Position numbers and translations under genes: made by a program. 64,000 nt of DNA from an uncultured Gemmatimonadales bacterium (GTDB lineage: Bacteria > Gemmatimonadota > Gemmatimonadetes > Gemmatimonadales > GWC2-71-9). The notes below the pieces were generated by a model. The model did no database searches. It saw only the letters and a program-made list of their open reading frames with translations, and had not been told where the DNA came from. Of the stretch, positions 20,486 to 31,846 are shown piece after piece. Positions within the stretch are counted from its first letter, which is position 1. Every line of letters starts with the position of its first letter. The stretch lies in assembly GCA_963739455.1 (NCBI GenBank), contig CAVUAK010000002.1, positions 260,054-324,053 of the forward strand, in the 5' to 3' direction.

Positions 20486-21601
20486 CTAGGCCAGCACCGA
20501 CGTGACATCCACCAACGGGAGCCCGAAGGCCTCGGCAACGCCCGGGTAGACCACCTTGCCCTGCACCACGTTCAGGCCCAGCCGGAGGGCGCCATCGGCC
20601 TTGCAGGCCTCTTTCCACCCCAGGCGGGCCAGCTTCATCCCATATGGCAGGGTGGCGTTCGTCAGGGCCAGCGTCGACGTGCGCGGCACACCTCCCGGCA
20701 TATTGGCCACGCCGTAGTGCAGGATGCCATCGACGAAATAGGTCGGGTTCTCGTGGGTCGTCGGCTTGATGGTCTCGACACACCCGCCCTGGTCGACCGC
20801 CACATCGACGATGACGGCGCCGGGCCGCATCAGCTTCAGGTCGGGACGCTTCACCAGGTGCGGCGCCTTGGCACCTGGCAGGAGCACGGCCCCGATGACC
20901 AGGTCGGCGCGCTTGATCGCCTCGAGGATGTTGAAGCGGTTTGAGTAGAGCGTATCGACATTGGCCGGCAGCACGTCGTCCAGGTAGCGGAGCCGGTCGA
21001 GTGAGATGTCGAGGATGGTGACGTGGGCACCCAGGCCAGCAGCCATCTTGGCGGCGTTGATGCCCACCACACCACCACCAAGGATCACCACCGACCCTGG
21101 TGCCACGCCGGGCACGCCGCCCAGCAGCACGCCGGTGCCGCCGAACACCTTCTCCAGGTACTTGGCACCCTGCTGTACCGCCATACGGCCCGCCACTTCC
21201 GACATTGGCGTCAGCAGCGGCAGTTCACCGGACGGCAGCTGCACCGTCTCGTACGCCACCGCAATCGCACCCGACTTGATGACCGCCTTCGTGAGCGCGT
21301 CAGCCGCCGCGAAGTGGAAGTAGGTGTAGATCAGCTGTCCCGCGCGCATGCGGGGCCACTCGACCTCGATCGGCTCCTTCACCTTCATGATCATCTCGGC
21401 GCGCTGCCACACTTCGTCGGCCGTGGCCAGGATCTGCGCCCCAGCCGCGACGTACGTCTCGTCGGCAAACCCGCTCCCGATGCCCGCGCCCTGCTCGAGC
21501 AGCACTGTGTGACCCTGGCTGATGAGCGCCTCTGCGCCTGCGGGCGCGAGGGCGACGCGATTCTCGTTGGTCTTGATTTCCTTCGGTACGCCGATGACCA
21601 T
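20486..21601 (-). CDS. ald: alanine dehydrogenase
   Basis: [34 protein letters not shown] and NMPG motifs. Confidence 0.95.
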   Translation of the reverse strand: MVIGVPKEIKTNENRVALAPAGAEALISQGHTVLLEQGAGIGSGFADETYVAAGAQILATADEVWQRAEMIMKVKEPIEVEWPRMRAGQLIYTYFHFAAADALTKAVIKSGAIAVAYETVQLPSGELPLLTPMSEVAGRMAVQQGAKYLEKVFGGTGVLLGGVPGVAPGSVVILGGGVVGINAAKMAAGLGAHVTILDISLDRLRYLDDVLPANVDTLYSNRFNILEAIKRADLVIGAVLLPGAKAPHLVKRPDLKLMRPGAVIVDVAVDQGGCVETIKPTTHENPTYFVDGILHYGVANMPGGVPRTSTLALTNATLPYGMKLARLGWKEACKADGALRLGLNVVQGKVVYPGVAEAFGLPLVDVTSVLA

Positions 21602-21660
21602 GGCTTTGATCCGATGCAGGTAAAGTGGTGATCTCACGCCTAACGCCTACCGCCCAACGC

Positions 21661-22914
21661 CTATTTCGCCGGCCCCAGCCGCTGCACCGTCTGTCGCTCG
21701 GGGTCCAGGAATTCCGACGCGACCTCGGCGACCTGCGCCCCCGGCACGGCCTCGATTTCCTGGATGATCGTGTCGAGCGTGCGATAGGGTTCGCGATGCA
21801 GCGTAAAGTTCGCGAGTCGGCTCATGCGCGCCCCCGGGCTTTCCAGCGCCAGCATCACCTGCCCCTGCATCTGGCGCTTGCCGCCCGCGAGTTCGTCGGC
21901 GTCCAGGCCGGCGCCGGCCATGCGCCGGAGTTCCTGCTGGATTGTCTCGAGCGCCGCATCGGCCGTTTCCGGCTGGGTCCCGACGTAGATCCCCAGCTGC
22001 CCCGTGCCCTGATGGAACTGGTTGTACGCGTACACGGCATACGCGAGACCGAGTTCCTCCCGCACGCGCTGGAAAAGGCGGCTGGACATGCCACCGCCAA
22101 GCGCATTCACCAGGAGTGACACGGCGAAACGCCGGGGATCGGCGATGCTGAATGTGTCGGTGCCGAGCACCATGTGCGACTGGGTGGTATCGCGCTCGGC
22201 CCTGCTGACCCGGCCACGCTGCGCTGGATGCGGTGTGACGGCGGCGCGCGCCGGACGCGCGTCGCCAGCGAACCAGCCTTCCTTGTCCAGTGCCTCGAGC
22301 AGCACGGCGTGTTCCACGTTGCCGGCCGCTGCGATGACGCAGTTGCCCGGGAAATATGCCTCGTCGTGCAACCGGCGAAGATCGGCCGCCGTGAGCGCGC
22401 TCACGGTATCCCGGGTACCGAGAATGGAATAGCCGTACGGATGGTCGGGCCAGAGGGCGCGGGCATGCAGCTCGAACACGAGATCATCGGGCGTGTCGTC
22501 TACCCCGCTGATCTCCTCGAGGATGACCTTCCGCTCGAGATCGAGGTCGGACTGGCGCAGCAGCGGACGGCGCACCAGGTCGGTCAGCACGTCCACCGCG
22601 AGCGGGAGGTCGCGGTCGAGCACGTGCGCCTGGAAGCTCGTGGTGTCGCGCCCGGTGAATGCGTCCAGGCTGCCACCGCGCTCCTCCAGCGCCAGGGCGA
22701 GCTCGCGCGCGCCCCGGCGTTCGGTGCCCTTGAACACCATGTGTTCCAGCAGGTGGGAAATGCCCATCTGGCCGACGGGCTCATGGGCGCTGGCGGTACG
22801 CACCCAAAGCCCGACGGCCGCAGAGCGGACGCCGGGCAGGGTTTCCGACAACACCACGAGCCCGTTCGACGCAGTAGAGCGGAAGAGCCCGGCGTCGAGC
22901 TGCTCGGTGCGCAC
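21661..22914 (-). CDS. M16-family (pitrilysin-like) zinc peptidase
   Basis: HLLEH inverted zincin motif; GGGMSSRLFQ..RE..GLAY; typical position after pnp. Confidence 0.9.
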   Translation of the reverse strand: MRTEQLDAGLFRSTASNGLVVLSETLPGVRSAAVGLWVRTASAHEPVGQMGISHLLEHMVFKGTERRGARELALALEERGGSLDAFTGRDTTSFQAHVLDRDLPLAVDVLTDLVRRPLLRQSDLDLERKVILEEISGVDDTPDDLVFELHARALWPDHPYGYSILGTRDTVSALTAADLRRLHDEAYFPGNCVIAAAGNVEHAVLLEALDKEGWFAGDARPARAAVTPHPAQRGRVSRAERDTTQSHMVLGTDTFSIADPRRFAVSLLVNALGGGMSSRLFQRVREELGLAYAVYAYNQFHQGTGQLGIYVGTQPETADAALETIQQELRRMAGAGLDADELAGGKRQMQGQVMLALESPGARMSRLANFTLHREPYRTLDTIIQEIEAVPGAQVAEVASEFLDPERQTVQRLGPAK

Positions 22915-22918
22915 GGGA

Positions 22919-25006
22919 CTACTCCTTCGGGATCAGCGCCTTCCGGGAAAGCTTCATGCGGCCCCGGTCATCGACCTCGAGCAACTTCACCTTGATGATG
23001 TCGCCCTTCTTGACCACATCCTCGGTCTTCTCCACGCGGCCATGCTGCAGCTCGCTGATGTGGAGGAGGCCCTCGACGCCCGGGATGATCTCCACGAACG
23101 CGCCGAACGGCGTGGTGCTCTTGACCGGCCCTTCGTAGATCTTGCCGACCTCGGGCTCCGCGGTGATGGCCATGACCATCTCCTTGGCCCGGTCGCCCGC
23201 CTCGCCGCCGACGGCGGCAATGGTGACGATACCCGTGTCCTCGACCGAGATCTTGGCGCCCGTGGCTTCCTGGATGCCACGGATCGTCTTGCCCTTCGGC
23301 CCGATCAGGTCGCCGATCTTGTCCGGCTTGATCTGCAGCGTGAAGATGCGCGGCGCGTACTTCGACAGCTCCGCGCGCGGCGTCGGCAGGACCTTCGCCA
23401 TTTCCTTGAGGATGTGGAGCCGGCCCTTGCGGGCCTTCTCGAGCGCATCCGTCATGATCTCGATGGTCAGGCCCGCGATCTTGATGTCCATCTGGATCGC
23501 CGTGATGCCCTGCTCCGTGCCGGCCACCTTGAAGTCCATGTCGCCCAGCGCGTCCTCGGACCCGAGGATGTCGGTGAGGACGGCGATCTTGTCCCCTTCC
23601 ATGATCAGGCCCATCGCGACACCGGCGCAGGCCGCCTTCATCGGCACGCCCGCATCCATCAGCGCGAGGGAGCCACCGCAGACCGACGCCATCGACGACG
23701 ACCCGTTCGACTCGAGGATCTCGGACACGATCCGCAGCGTGTAGGGGAAATCGGTGTGGTCCGGCAGCAGCGCCTGCAGGGCGCGCTCGGCCAGCATGCC
23801 GTGGCCGACTTCGCGACGGCTCGTGCCCCGCATCATCTTCACTTCACCGGTGGAGAACGGCGGGAAGTTGTAGTGCAGCATGAACGACTTCTTCGTCTCG
23901 ACGGTCGAGTCGATGCTGTCGATGCGCTGCTCGTCATCAGAGGTGCCGAGCGTCACGGCCACGAGGGCCTGCGTCTCGCCACGCTGGAAAAGCGCCGAGC
24001 CGTGCACGCGCGGCAGCAGGCCGGCGTCGATGCTGATCGGGCGGATGGTGTCGGTGTCCCGGCCGTCAACCCGCTCACCCTTCGTGAGCACCTGGCTGCG
24101 CATGGTGCGGTACTCGATCTCTTCCAGTTCGGAGGAGATGTCCTTGCCCTTGTCCGGGAACTCGGCCGCCAGCTGCTCGGCGACGCCGCGACGCAGTTCC
24201 TTCACCGCGGCCGAACGACCAGCCTTGTCCTTGGCGTTGATCATCTTCGCCATCGAGGCTTCGGCAAGCGCGCGCACGCGAGCGACCACGGTCGCATCGG
24301 GCTCGGGCTTGGTCCACTTCATCTTCGGCTTCGAGGCCTTGTCCAGGACCTTCTTCTGTACCGCGACGAGATCGCGAATGCCCTTCTGGGCAACCTTGAG
24401 TGCGTCGAGCAGTTCCTGTTCGGAAATTTCCAGCGCGCCACCCTCGACCATGAAGATCGCGTCAGCCGAACCGCTGACCACGATGTCGATCGTCGAGAAC
24501 TCGAGCTGCGGGAAGGTCGGGTTCAGGATCCACTGTCCCTCAACGCGACCGACACGCACGGCGGCCAGCGGACCGTTCCACGGTACCGGCGACAGCGAGA
24601 GCGCGGTGGACGTGGCGAGCGCGGCGAGCACGTCGGCATCGTTTTCCTGGTCGGCCGAGAGCACCGTGACGAACACCTGGACTTCGTTCTTGAAGCCCTC
24701 GGGGAACAGCGGACGGATGCTGCGGTCGATGAGCCGGCAGGCAAGGATTTCCTTGTCGGACGGACGACCCTCACGCTTCAGGAATCCACCCGGGATCTTG
24801 CCGGCAGCGTACGTCTTCTCGCGGTACTCGACCGTGAGCGGGAAGAACGGCAGCGAGGAGATGTTGGGGGAGACGGTGACCGCCGCGAGCACCACGGTAT
24901 CACCAAACTGCACGAGGGCTGAACCTGCTGCCTGCTTCGCGAGACGCCCGGTTTCGAGGGTCAGGGTGCGTCCTGCAAATTCCGTTTCGATCCGTTGAAC
25001 AGTCAC
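22919..25006 (-). CDS. pnp: polyribonucleotide nucleotidyltransferase
   Basis: FFPLTVEY, RREVGHG, SNGSSSMA and GDMDFKVAG motifs; KH and S1 domains. Confidence 0.97.
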   Translation of the reverse strand: MTVQRIETEFAGRTLTLETGRLAKQAAGSALVQFGDTVVLAAVTVSPNISSLPFFPLTVEYREKTYAAGKIPGGFLKREGRPSDKEILACRLIDRSIRPLFPEGFKNEVQVFVTVLSADQENDADVLAALATSTALSLSPVPWNGPLAAVRVGRVEGQWILNPTFPQLEFSTIDIVVSGSADAIFMVEGGALEISEQELLDALKVAQKGIRDLVAVQKKVLDKASKPKMKWTKPEPDATVVARVRALAEASMAKMINAKDKAGRSAAVKELRRGVAEQLAAEFPDKGKDISSELEEIEYRTMRSQVLTKGERVDGRDTDTIRPISIDAGLLPRVHGSALFQRGETQALVAVTLGTSDDEQRIDSIDSTVETKKSFMLHYNFPPFSTGEVKMMRGTSRREVGHGMLAERALQALLPDHTDFPYTLRIVSEILESNGSSSMASVCGGSLALMDAGVPMKAACAGVAMGLIMEGDKIAVLTDILGSEDALGDMDFKVAGTEQGITAIQMDIKIAGLTIEIMTDALEKARKGRLHILKEMAKVLPTPRAELSKYAPRIFTLQIKPDKIGDLIGPKGKTIRGIQEATGAKISVEDTGIVTIAAVGGEAGDRAKEMVMAITAEPEVGKIYEGPVKSTTPFGAFVEIIPGVEGLLHISELQHGRVEKTEDVVKKGDIIKVKLLEVDDRGRMKLSRKALIPKE

Positions 25007-25076
25007 TCTCTCTGCCTTCTCTCGTCTTTAATTGGTTTCTTGTCTACGCAATGTGCCATCGGGTCTTGAAAGCGAA

Positions 25077-25105
25077 CGGGCGTCCCGTGCTGCACGGGAC
25101 GCCCG
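25077..25105 (-). terminator. rpsO terminator / rpsO-pnp hairpin
   Basis: Perfect inverted repeat CGGGCGTCCCGTGC-N-GCACGGGACGCCCG followed by TTCGCTTT on the minus strand. Confidence 0.7.
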
Positions 25106-25121
25106 CCTGATGATCTCGATC

Positions 25122-25382
25122 CTAGTGACGGAGCCCCAGCTCCTCGATCAGCGACCGATAGTTCACGACATCGGTGCGCTTGAGGTAGGTCAGGAGGCGC
25201 CGGCGATTGCCCACCATCTTGAGCAGGCCACGGCGACCGTGATGGTCCTTCGCGTGGGTCTTGAAGTGCTCGGTGAGCGAGTTGATCCGCTCCGTGAGGA
25301 GCGCAACCTGCACCTTGGTGGAACCGGTATCGGTTTCGTGGGCGCGATGCTTGGTGACCACCGTCGTCTTGTCGAACGTCAT
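25122..25382 (-). CDS. rpsO: 30S ribosomal protein S15
   Basis: [28 protein letters not shown] and LGLR motifs. Confidence 0.96.
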   Translation of the reverse strand: MTFDKTTVVTKHRAHETDTGSTKVQVALLTERINSLTEHFKTHAKDHHGRRGLLKMVGNRRRLLTYLKRTDVVNYRSLIEELGLRH

Positions 25383-25448
25383 TGCCTGCTTTTTCCTTGG
25401 CCCCACGGGGCCGCAAACGCTTGAGTGTGTGAACTTTAGCAGCTTGGT

Positions 25449-25477
25449 AATTTAGCCCCCGAGGGGACCCGCCGCAA
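25449..25477 (-). promoter_or_regulatory. sigma70-like promoter of rpsO-pnp
   Basis: Minus strand TTGCGG-17 nt-TAAATT. Confidence 0.5.
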
Positions 25478-25486
25478 CCCCGGACC

Positions 25487-26859
25487 CTAGCCGGTGATCT
25501 GCCGGACCAGCCGGGTCAGGTCGTTCCACAGGGCGAACACCATGAGGGCCCCCACGATGGCCAGCCCGGCCAGCGTAAGGCGCTCCCGGAGCTTGAGGGG
25601 CAGCGGCTTCCGCCGGATCGCCTCGCCCACCAGGAAAACGAACTGGCCCCCATCCAGCACCGGGATCGGCAGCAGGTTGAGCACCGCCAGGTTCATGGAA
25701 ATGATGGCCATGAATGTCAGGAACGGCTCAACGCCCATGCGGGCGCTCTGTCCCGCCATCTGGCCAATGGCGATCGGGCCGCCCAGGGAGCTTCGCGCGA
25801 CATTGCCGCTCACCAGCCCCTTGAGCATCCGCACCACGACGGTGGAGGCATTCATCGTTTCCTTCACCCCCGCCCCCATCGCGCCCAAGCACGCTGTACG
25901 GCTCACGGCGGAAGCCACCATAGACCTCGACCCCGATCTTGCCCACGACCCTGGGCCCGGTCGAGTCGCTCACCGTCGTGGACTCCGGCACCACCGTCAC
26001 CTCGGTACGACCGCCGGCGCGACCAAGGCCAAGCCGGAGGTCCTGGCCCGCCGAGCGCTCGATGACCGCCAGCAGGTCCGCCCACTGCGCGATCGGCTGC
26101 CCATTCACCGACACCACCGTGTCACCCTTTGCCACGCCTGCCTTGGCGGCCGCGCGCCCGGGAATGACGCGTCCCGCCACCGCGGGCGTGAACGGCCCGA
26201 GTGACACCGCGAGTGCCATGCGCCGCTCGACGGCATCGGCCGGCACATCGGCGGTGACCGTCCGGCCATCGGACAGGCGTCAGCGCCACCGTATTGCCCG
26301 CGGTGTGCTGCAGCTCATCAAAGACGCTGTTCCAGGAGTCCACCGGTCGCCCGTTGACGGCGGTGATCCGGTCGCCGCGCTGCAGCGTGCGGAACGACTC
26401 CGCGCCGGCAGGAAGGCCCGCCGAATCGACCGCGCCCACGACGGTCACTGGATTGATCGCCTTGCCGTTCTTGAGCGCCAGGCCACTGAAGATGAGCCAG
26501 GCGAAGAGCGTGTTCATGGTGACGCCGGCGAGGATCACGATCATCCGCTTCCATACCGGCTTCGCCTCGAACATCCGGTCGGGCGGCACCTCAGCCTCGG
26601 GCGTGCCGCCCTCGAGCGCCGCACTCGAGGCTTCCTCCTCCTCGCTCGCCATCTTGACGTAGCCGCCAAGCGGAAGCCAGGAGAGCGAGTACTCGGTTTC
26701 GCCGCGTCGGAAGGTCAGTCCCGGAATCGGCGAGCCGATGCCGATGGAGAAGCGGTGCACCCAGATGCCGGCCCACTTGGCCGCGGCGAAGTGGCCGAAC
26801 TCGTGGACGAAGATGAGCACGCCGAGCGTGACGGCGAATGCGAGCAGTGTGACTAGCAT
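25487..26859 (-). CDS. rseP: RIP metalloprotease RseP (two frameshifts)
   Basis: HEFGH, PLGGYV, AGVTMN, PDZ segments and NLLPIPVLDGG, spread over three frames. Confidence 0.88.
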
Positions 26860-28002
26860 GGTTGTCCTGCCAGTGAGCGGGCGTGTTCCCGGGCCCGGCG
26901 ATCCGCGGCGCGGACGGTCTCGACGTCGCGAACCGGTTCGGACACGTGCGCGTCCATGTACCGACTCGATGACGTCACTGATCCGGCCGAAGGGCAGCGC
27001 GCCGGCGAGGAATGCCGCCACGGCCTCTTCATTTGCCGCGTTGAATGCGGCCGGCGACGTCCCGCCGGCGCGCCCGGCTGCAACGCCCAGCGGAAATGCG
27101 CGAAAGACGTCAGTGCGGACTGGTTCGAATGTCAGTTGGCCTGCCGCGATCGGGTCGAAGCGCCGTGTCCCCGCGTCGGGAAGGCGATCGGGATGAGTGA
27201 GCGCGTAGAGAATCGGCAGCTCCATCGTGGGGAAGCCCACCTGCGCCATGACGTTGCCGTCGCAGAACTCTGCGAAGGCGTGCACGATGCTCTGCGGGTG
27301 AACCACGACATCGACCTGGTCGTACGACAACCCGAACAGGAAGTGCGCCTCGATGACCTCGAGCGCCTTGTTGGCCAGCGTGGCGCTGTCCACCGTGATC
27401 TTGCTGCCCATGCGCCATGTCGGGTGATTGAGCGCCTGCTCCACCGTGGCCCCGGCCACCTGCGCCGCGTCCCAGGTGCGGAAAGGACCACCGGACGCCG
27501 TCAGGATGAGCCGCGCGAGCTTGCCGTTGTGGCCGGTGACGCACTGCAGCACGGCGCTGTGCTCGGAGTCCACCGGCACCACCTCACCCCCGCCCAGGCG
27601 CGCGGCCTCGGCCACGAGGTCCCCCGCCATGACCAGGGACTCCTTGTTGGCGAGCGCGACCCGCTTGCCCGCTCGCAGCGCGGCCAGTGTCGCATCCAGT
27701 CCAGCGGCCCCCACCAGCGCGTTGATCACGATATCGACGTCGGGATGCAGTGCCGCCTCGAGCAGCACCTCCACCCCTGAGGCGAGTCCGTTGCCGCTGG
27801 CGCCATCGACGATGCCCGCGAAGGCCGGGCGCCACGTGGCCACCTGGGCCAGCAGGCTCTCACGCTGGCGGCCTGCGGTAAGCGCCACCACGCGGAAGTG
27901 ATCGCGCTGGCGATCGAGCACGCGCAGCGCGCTCTCACCGATCGAACCGGTGGAGCCCAGCACGGCGACACCGCGCGTGCGGCCGTTCACGCCGGGACTC
28001 AT
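26853..28002 (-). CDS. dxr: 1-deoxy-D-xylulose-5-phosphate reductoisomerase (frameshift near 26955)
   Basis: LGSTGSIG, LANKE, PVDSEH, TASGGPF, HPTWRMG and NAANE motifs. Confidence 0.92.
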
Positions 28003-28884
28003 CCGGGAATGCCGAAGAGGGTGTAGCAGAAGGCGGCGATCGGCAGCGCGAAGTACAGCGAGTCGAACCGGTCGAGCACGCCGCCGTGCCCGGGAATCAG
28101 CGTGCTCGAGTCCTTCACTCCCACCTCGCGCTTGAACAGTGACTCCGCAAGGTCGCCCAGCTGACCCAGCACCGAGATCAATGCAGCGATGACGAGCAGC
28201 GCCACCATGCCGGCACTTATCCCAACGCGCGGGAAAACGAGGTACGCGAAGATCGGGGCCACCAGCAGGCCGCCAAGCACGCCCACCGTGGAGCCTGAGC
28301 GCGTCTTCCCTGGACTGATCGTCGGCGCGAGCTTCGCCCCGCCGATGGCACGGCCACCCGACATCGCGGCGCTGTCGCACACCCAGATCACCACCATCGG
28401 GAAGAACACCAGCCAGGTGCCGGCCCATGACTGCCCGCCGAATACGCCGTGGCGGATGCTGATGAGGAACGCCGGTAGCGCGCCGGCATACAGGACACCG
28501 AACGCGGTGACCGCAACGGCCTCGAGCGGCCGCTCGGTCGGCGCGCGTCGCGCCAGCGCCCACACGAGGAGCGCCAGGACCCAGAGGGCGCCGAGGTAAG
28601 GCCACCATCCGAGCAACACCGATATGGAGGCGACACCCGCGAGTGGCCCGCGCGGGCTCGCCAGCAGCGCGAGCGGGCCGCATAGCGCGGCGCTCGCGAT
28701 GCCGAAGCGCCGCGCGGCATCGATGTTGTTCTTGAGGGCGAGGTCGTAGAACTCACGGGTGCCCAAGCGCACTCACCAGCGACACGGTGATGGCGAGCGG
28801 CCAGCCCCCGAACCAGACGATGCCAAGGGCGAGCGGAATGGCGACGGCGGCGAACGCCACCCGTCGCACCATGTTGGAATCCAT
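27999..28884 (-). CDS. cdsA: phosphatidate cytidylyltransferase (frameshift near 28760)
   Basis: SPGKT, GDLAESLFKR..GVKD and PGHGGVLDRFDS motifs. Confidence 0.9.
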
Positions 28885-29627
28885 CAGACCGGGACGCGAC
28901 CGAAGCGGCGATCGCGCCGTTGAAAGTCGAGGATCGCCTCGAAGAAATGCTGGCGGGTAAAGTCGGGCCACAGGACCGACGACACATGGAACTCGGCGTA
29001 CGCGAGCTGCCAGAGGAGGAAATTCGAGATGCGCTGCTCGCCGGAGGTGCGGATGAGGAGGTCGGGATCCGGCCATTCGGCGGTGTACAGGCGGCGCGCG
29101 AGCGCCTCCTCGTCAACCTGGTCGGCGACGATCCGGCCCGCAACGGCATCCTGGGCCAGGATACGCGCCGCGCGCGTGATCTCGGCCCGCGACCCGTATG
29201 ACACGCAGATGTTGAGGGCGAGCGCGTCGCCACCGGCGGTGGTCGCCACGATCCGGTCCACCGCCTCGCGCGCCGACGGCACCAGCCGGTCGAGTTCACC
29301 GAGGAACCGGACGGCTACGCGCCGAGCCCGAAGGTCGGACATTTCCTTCTCGATGTACTCCTCGAGCAGGCTCATCAGTGCGGCGATCTCGTCGGCCGGG
29401 CGCTGCCAGTTCTCCTGGCTGAAGGCGAACAGCGTCAGCACCTCGACGCCGGTGGCCAGGCATGCCTCGACCGCCTCACGCACCGCCGCCATGCCCGCCG
29501 CATGCCCCAGTGGGCGCGGCAGCGACCGGCCCTGCGCCCATCGCCCATTGCCGTCCATGATGATGGCGACATGTGCCGGGATCGCCCCGTTCAGGCGAAT
29601 GCGCTGCAGGAGCGCGTCATCGCTCAC
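28884..29627 (-). CDS. uppS: undecaprenyl diphosphate synthase
   Basis: HVAIIMDGNGRW, FSQENW and RTSGEQRISNFLLWQ motifs; GTG start at 29627. Confidence 0.93.
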   Translation of the reverse strand: MSDDALLQRIRLNGAIPAHVAIIMDGNGRWAQGRSLPRPLGHAAGMAAVREAVEACLATGVEVLTLFAFSQENWQRPADEIAALMSLLEEYIEKEMSDLRARRVAVRFLGELDRLVPSAREAVDRIVATTAGGDALALNICVSYGSRAEITRAARILAQDAVAGRIVADQVDEEALARRLYTAEWPDPDLLIRTSGEQRISNFLLWQLAYAEFHVSSVLWPDFTRQHFFEAILDFQRRDRRFGRVPV

Positions 29628-29628
29628 G

Positions 29629-30183
29629 TCACACTTCCATGATCTCCGCTTCCTTCGACTTGATGATCTCGTCGATCTGGCGGATGTGCTCATCGGTGAG
29701 CTTCTGGACGTCCTTCTCGGCCCGCGTCTTGTCGTCTTCCGAGATGTGCTCGAGCTTCTTGATCTTCGTCAGCGTGTCCGTGCGGCCATGCCGCACCGCG
29801 ACGCGTCCTTCCTCGGCCAGCTTGTGGACGATCTTCACCAGGTCCCGCCGGCGCTCCTCCGAGAGCGGCGGCAGCGGGATGCGGATCAGGTTGCCCTGCG
29901 TCGAGGGGTTCAGGCCAAGGTCACCATCGCGAATCGCCTTGTCGATGGCCTGCGTGAGGCCCTTGTCGAAGGGCTGCACCGTGAGCAGTCGCGGCTCGGG
30001 CGCGGCGACCATGGCCACCTGGTTGAGCGGCACCTGCGACCCATAGGCATCCACCCGGACCAGGTCGAGCAGGCTGGTGCTGGCCTTGCCGCTGCGGATG
30101 GTGCTCAACTCGCGGCGCGTGGCGTCGACCGCCTTCGCCATGAGTTCGCGCCCGTGCTTGGTGATTTCGGGAATGGTCTTCAT
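29629..30183 (-). CDS. frr: ribosome recycling factor
   Basis: [17 protein letters not shown] and PPLSEERR motifs. Confidence 0.95.
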   Translation of the reverse strand: MKTIPEITKHGRELMAKAVDATRRELSTIRSGKASTSLLDLVRVDAYGSQVPLNQVAMVAAPEPRLLTVQPFDKGLTQAIDKAIRDGDLGLNPSTQGNLIRIPLPPLSEERRRDLVKIVHKLAEEGRVAVRHGRTDTLTKIKKLEHISEDDKTRAEKDVQKLTDEHIRQIDEIIKSKEAEIMEV

Positions 30184-30890
30184 TGGACGATGGTTCCCTC
30201 GGTGTCTCCGCGGATTACGCGGGCCAGGGCGCCGGGCCGGTTGATGTTGAAGACGATGATCGGCAGCTGGTTTGCCTTGCACAAGCCGAAGGCATTGGCG
30301 TCCATGACCGCGTAATTCTTGACGATGGCTTCCTGGAACGTCAGCTGCGGGATGAACTCGGCCTTGCTGTCCTTCTTCGGGTCGGCGGTGTAGATGCCGT
30401 CCACATTGGTGCCCTTGAGCACCACCTCGGCCTCCATCTCCAGCGCCCGCAGCACGCCGGCGGTGTCAGTGGAGAAGAAGGGGTTGCCGGTGCCGGCGGC
30501 GAAGATCACGATGCGACCCTTTTCCAGGTGCCGCATGGCACGGCGGCGGATGTACGGCTCCGCCACCGATTCCATCCGGATCGCCGTCATGACCCGCGTC
30601 TGCATGCCGAACTGCTCGAGCACGCCCTGCAGCGCCAGCGCATTGATGACCGTGCCCAGCATGCCCATGTAGTCGGCGGACACGCGGTCGAGTCCCTCAC
30701 TGCTGGCGGTTGCACCGCGAATGATGTTGCCGCCGCCAATGACCAGCGACAGGCGGGCGCCGAGCGCATGCACCGAACGGATCTCCTCGGCGAGGTTCTC
30801 GAGGATCTGTGAGTCGAAGCCAAAGCCACGCTCCCCGGCGAGTGCCTCGCCGGAGAGCTTGAGCAGTGCGCTCTGGTACTTCAGCGCCAT
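30180..30890 (-). CDS. pyrH: UMP kinase
   Basis: LKLSGE, GGGN, DYMGML and [10 protein letters not shown] motifs. Confidence 0.96.
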   Translation of the reverse strand: MALKYQSALLKLSGEALAGERGFGFDSQILENLAEEIRSVHALGARLSLVIGGGNIIRGATASSEGLDRVSADYMGMLGTVINALALQGVLEQFGMQTRVMTAIRMESVAEPYIRRRAMRHLEKGRIVIFAAGTGNPFFSTDTAGVLRALEMEAEVVLKGTNVDGIYTADPKKDSKAEFIPQLTFQEAIVKNYAVMDANAFGLCKANQLPIIVFNINRPGALARVIRGDTEGTIVQ

Positions 30891-31744
30891 CAGGCTTCGC
30901 CGACCTTGAACCGCGCGAACCGGACGACGCGCGCCCCGGACACCGCGGCCACCAGCTGGCCGACGTTCTTCGTCTCGTCCTTGATGAAGATCTGCTCGAG
31001 CAGGGCACGCTCGCTCGCGAACTTCTTGAGCTTCCCCTCGACGATCTTCGCCCGGATGTTCTCGGGCTTTCCCTCGGCCGCGACCTGCTCCTCGGCAATA
31101 CGACGCTCGCGCTCGAGCAGCTCCGCATCGATGTCGGCAGCCGCCACCGCGAGCGGATCGGCAGACGCGACATGCAGCGCCAGGTCCTTCGCGAGCGCGA
31201 CGGCCGCCTCGCCCGTGGCGCCCTCGATTTCCACCAGCGTGCCGACCTGCTCGTTGTGATGCAGGTAGTGGCCGACGACACCGTTGGCCGGCGCGAACCG
31301 CGCGATCCGGCGCAGCTGCACCGCCTCGCCGGTCTTGGCACTGGTGGCCTTCACGACCTCGTCCACCGTCGACCCGGCGTACGGCGTCTTGAGGAAAGCG
31401 CCATCAGCGCCCACCTCGGTGACGCCCGTCGGGCGCCGACTTGGCGACCAGCGAGGTCAGGCCGTTGAGCACGGCGTGATACTCCTCGGTCCGCGCGACG
31501 AAGTCCGTCTCGCAGTCGAGCTCGATCATGCCGGCCGAGGTGCCGCCCAGGACCTCGATGCCAATGAGGCCCTGCGACGCGCTGCGGCCGGCCCGCTTCT
31601 CGGCCTTGGCGATGCCCTTGGCGCGCAGCAGCTCGCCGCCTTCGCCATGTCGCCGCCCGCTTCCTCGAGGGCCTTCTTGCAGTCGCCGATGCCCGCCCCG
31701 GTCCGCGCACGGAGCTCGCTGATGTCCTTCGTCGAGATCGTCAT
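30890..31744 (-). CDS. tsf: translation elongation factor Ts (two or more frameshifts)
   Basis: [29 protein letters not shown] and RFARFKVGE across frames. Confidence 0.9.
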
Positions 31745-31778
31745 TCCCGTCATTTTTCCAGTTCCCTGTTGTGTATGC

Positions 31779-31821
31779 GAAAGCCGCCGTTCCGCGCCCG
31801 CACGGGCCCGAAGCGGCGGCT
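31779..31821 (-). terminator. hairpin between rpsB and tsf
   Basis: AGCCGCCG...CGGCGGCT stem followed by TTT on the minus strand. Confidence 0.5.
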
Positions 31822-31846
31822 CAAGTTCCGAAGCTACCGTCCTCGC

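Noticed and set aside
22493-24922. Long plus-strand ORFs antisense to core genes (809 aa here; also 11958..14192, 9018..10640 and 6655..7968)
   Set aside because: Shadow ORFs expected from high-GC codon bias; no motifs, and they fully overlap well-supported genes
26122-28683. 853-aa ORF that looks like a Dxr-RseP fusion
   Set aside because: Produced by an indel near 26955; the Dxr C-terminus continues in another frame to a stop at 26853, and RseP has its own ATG at 26859
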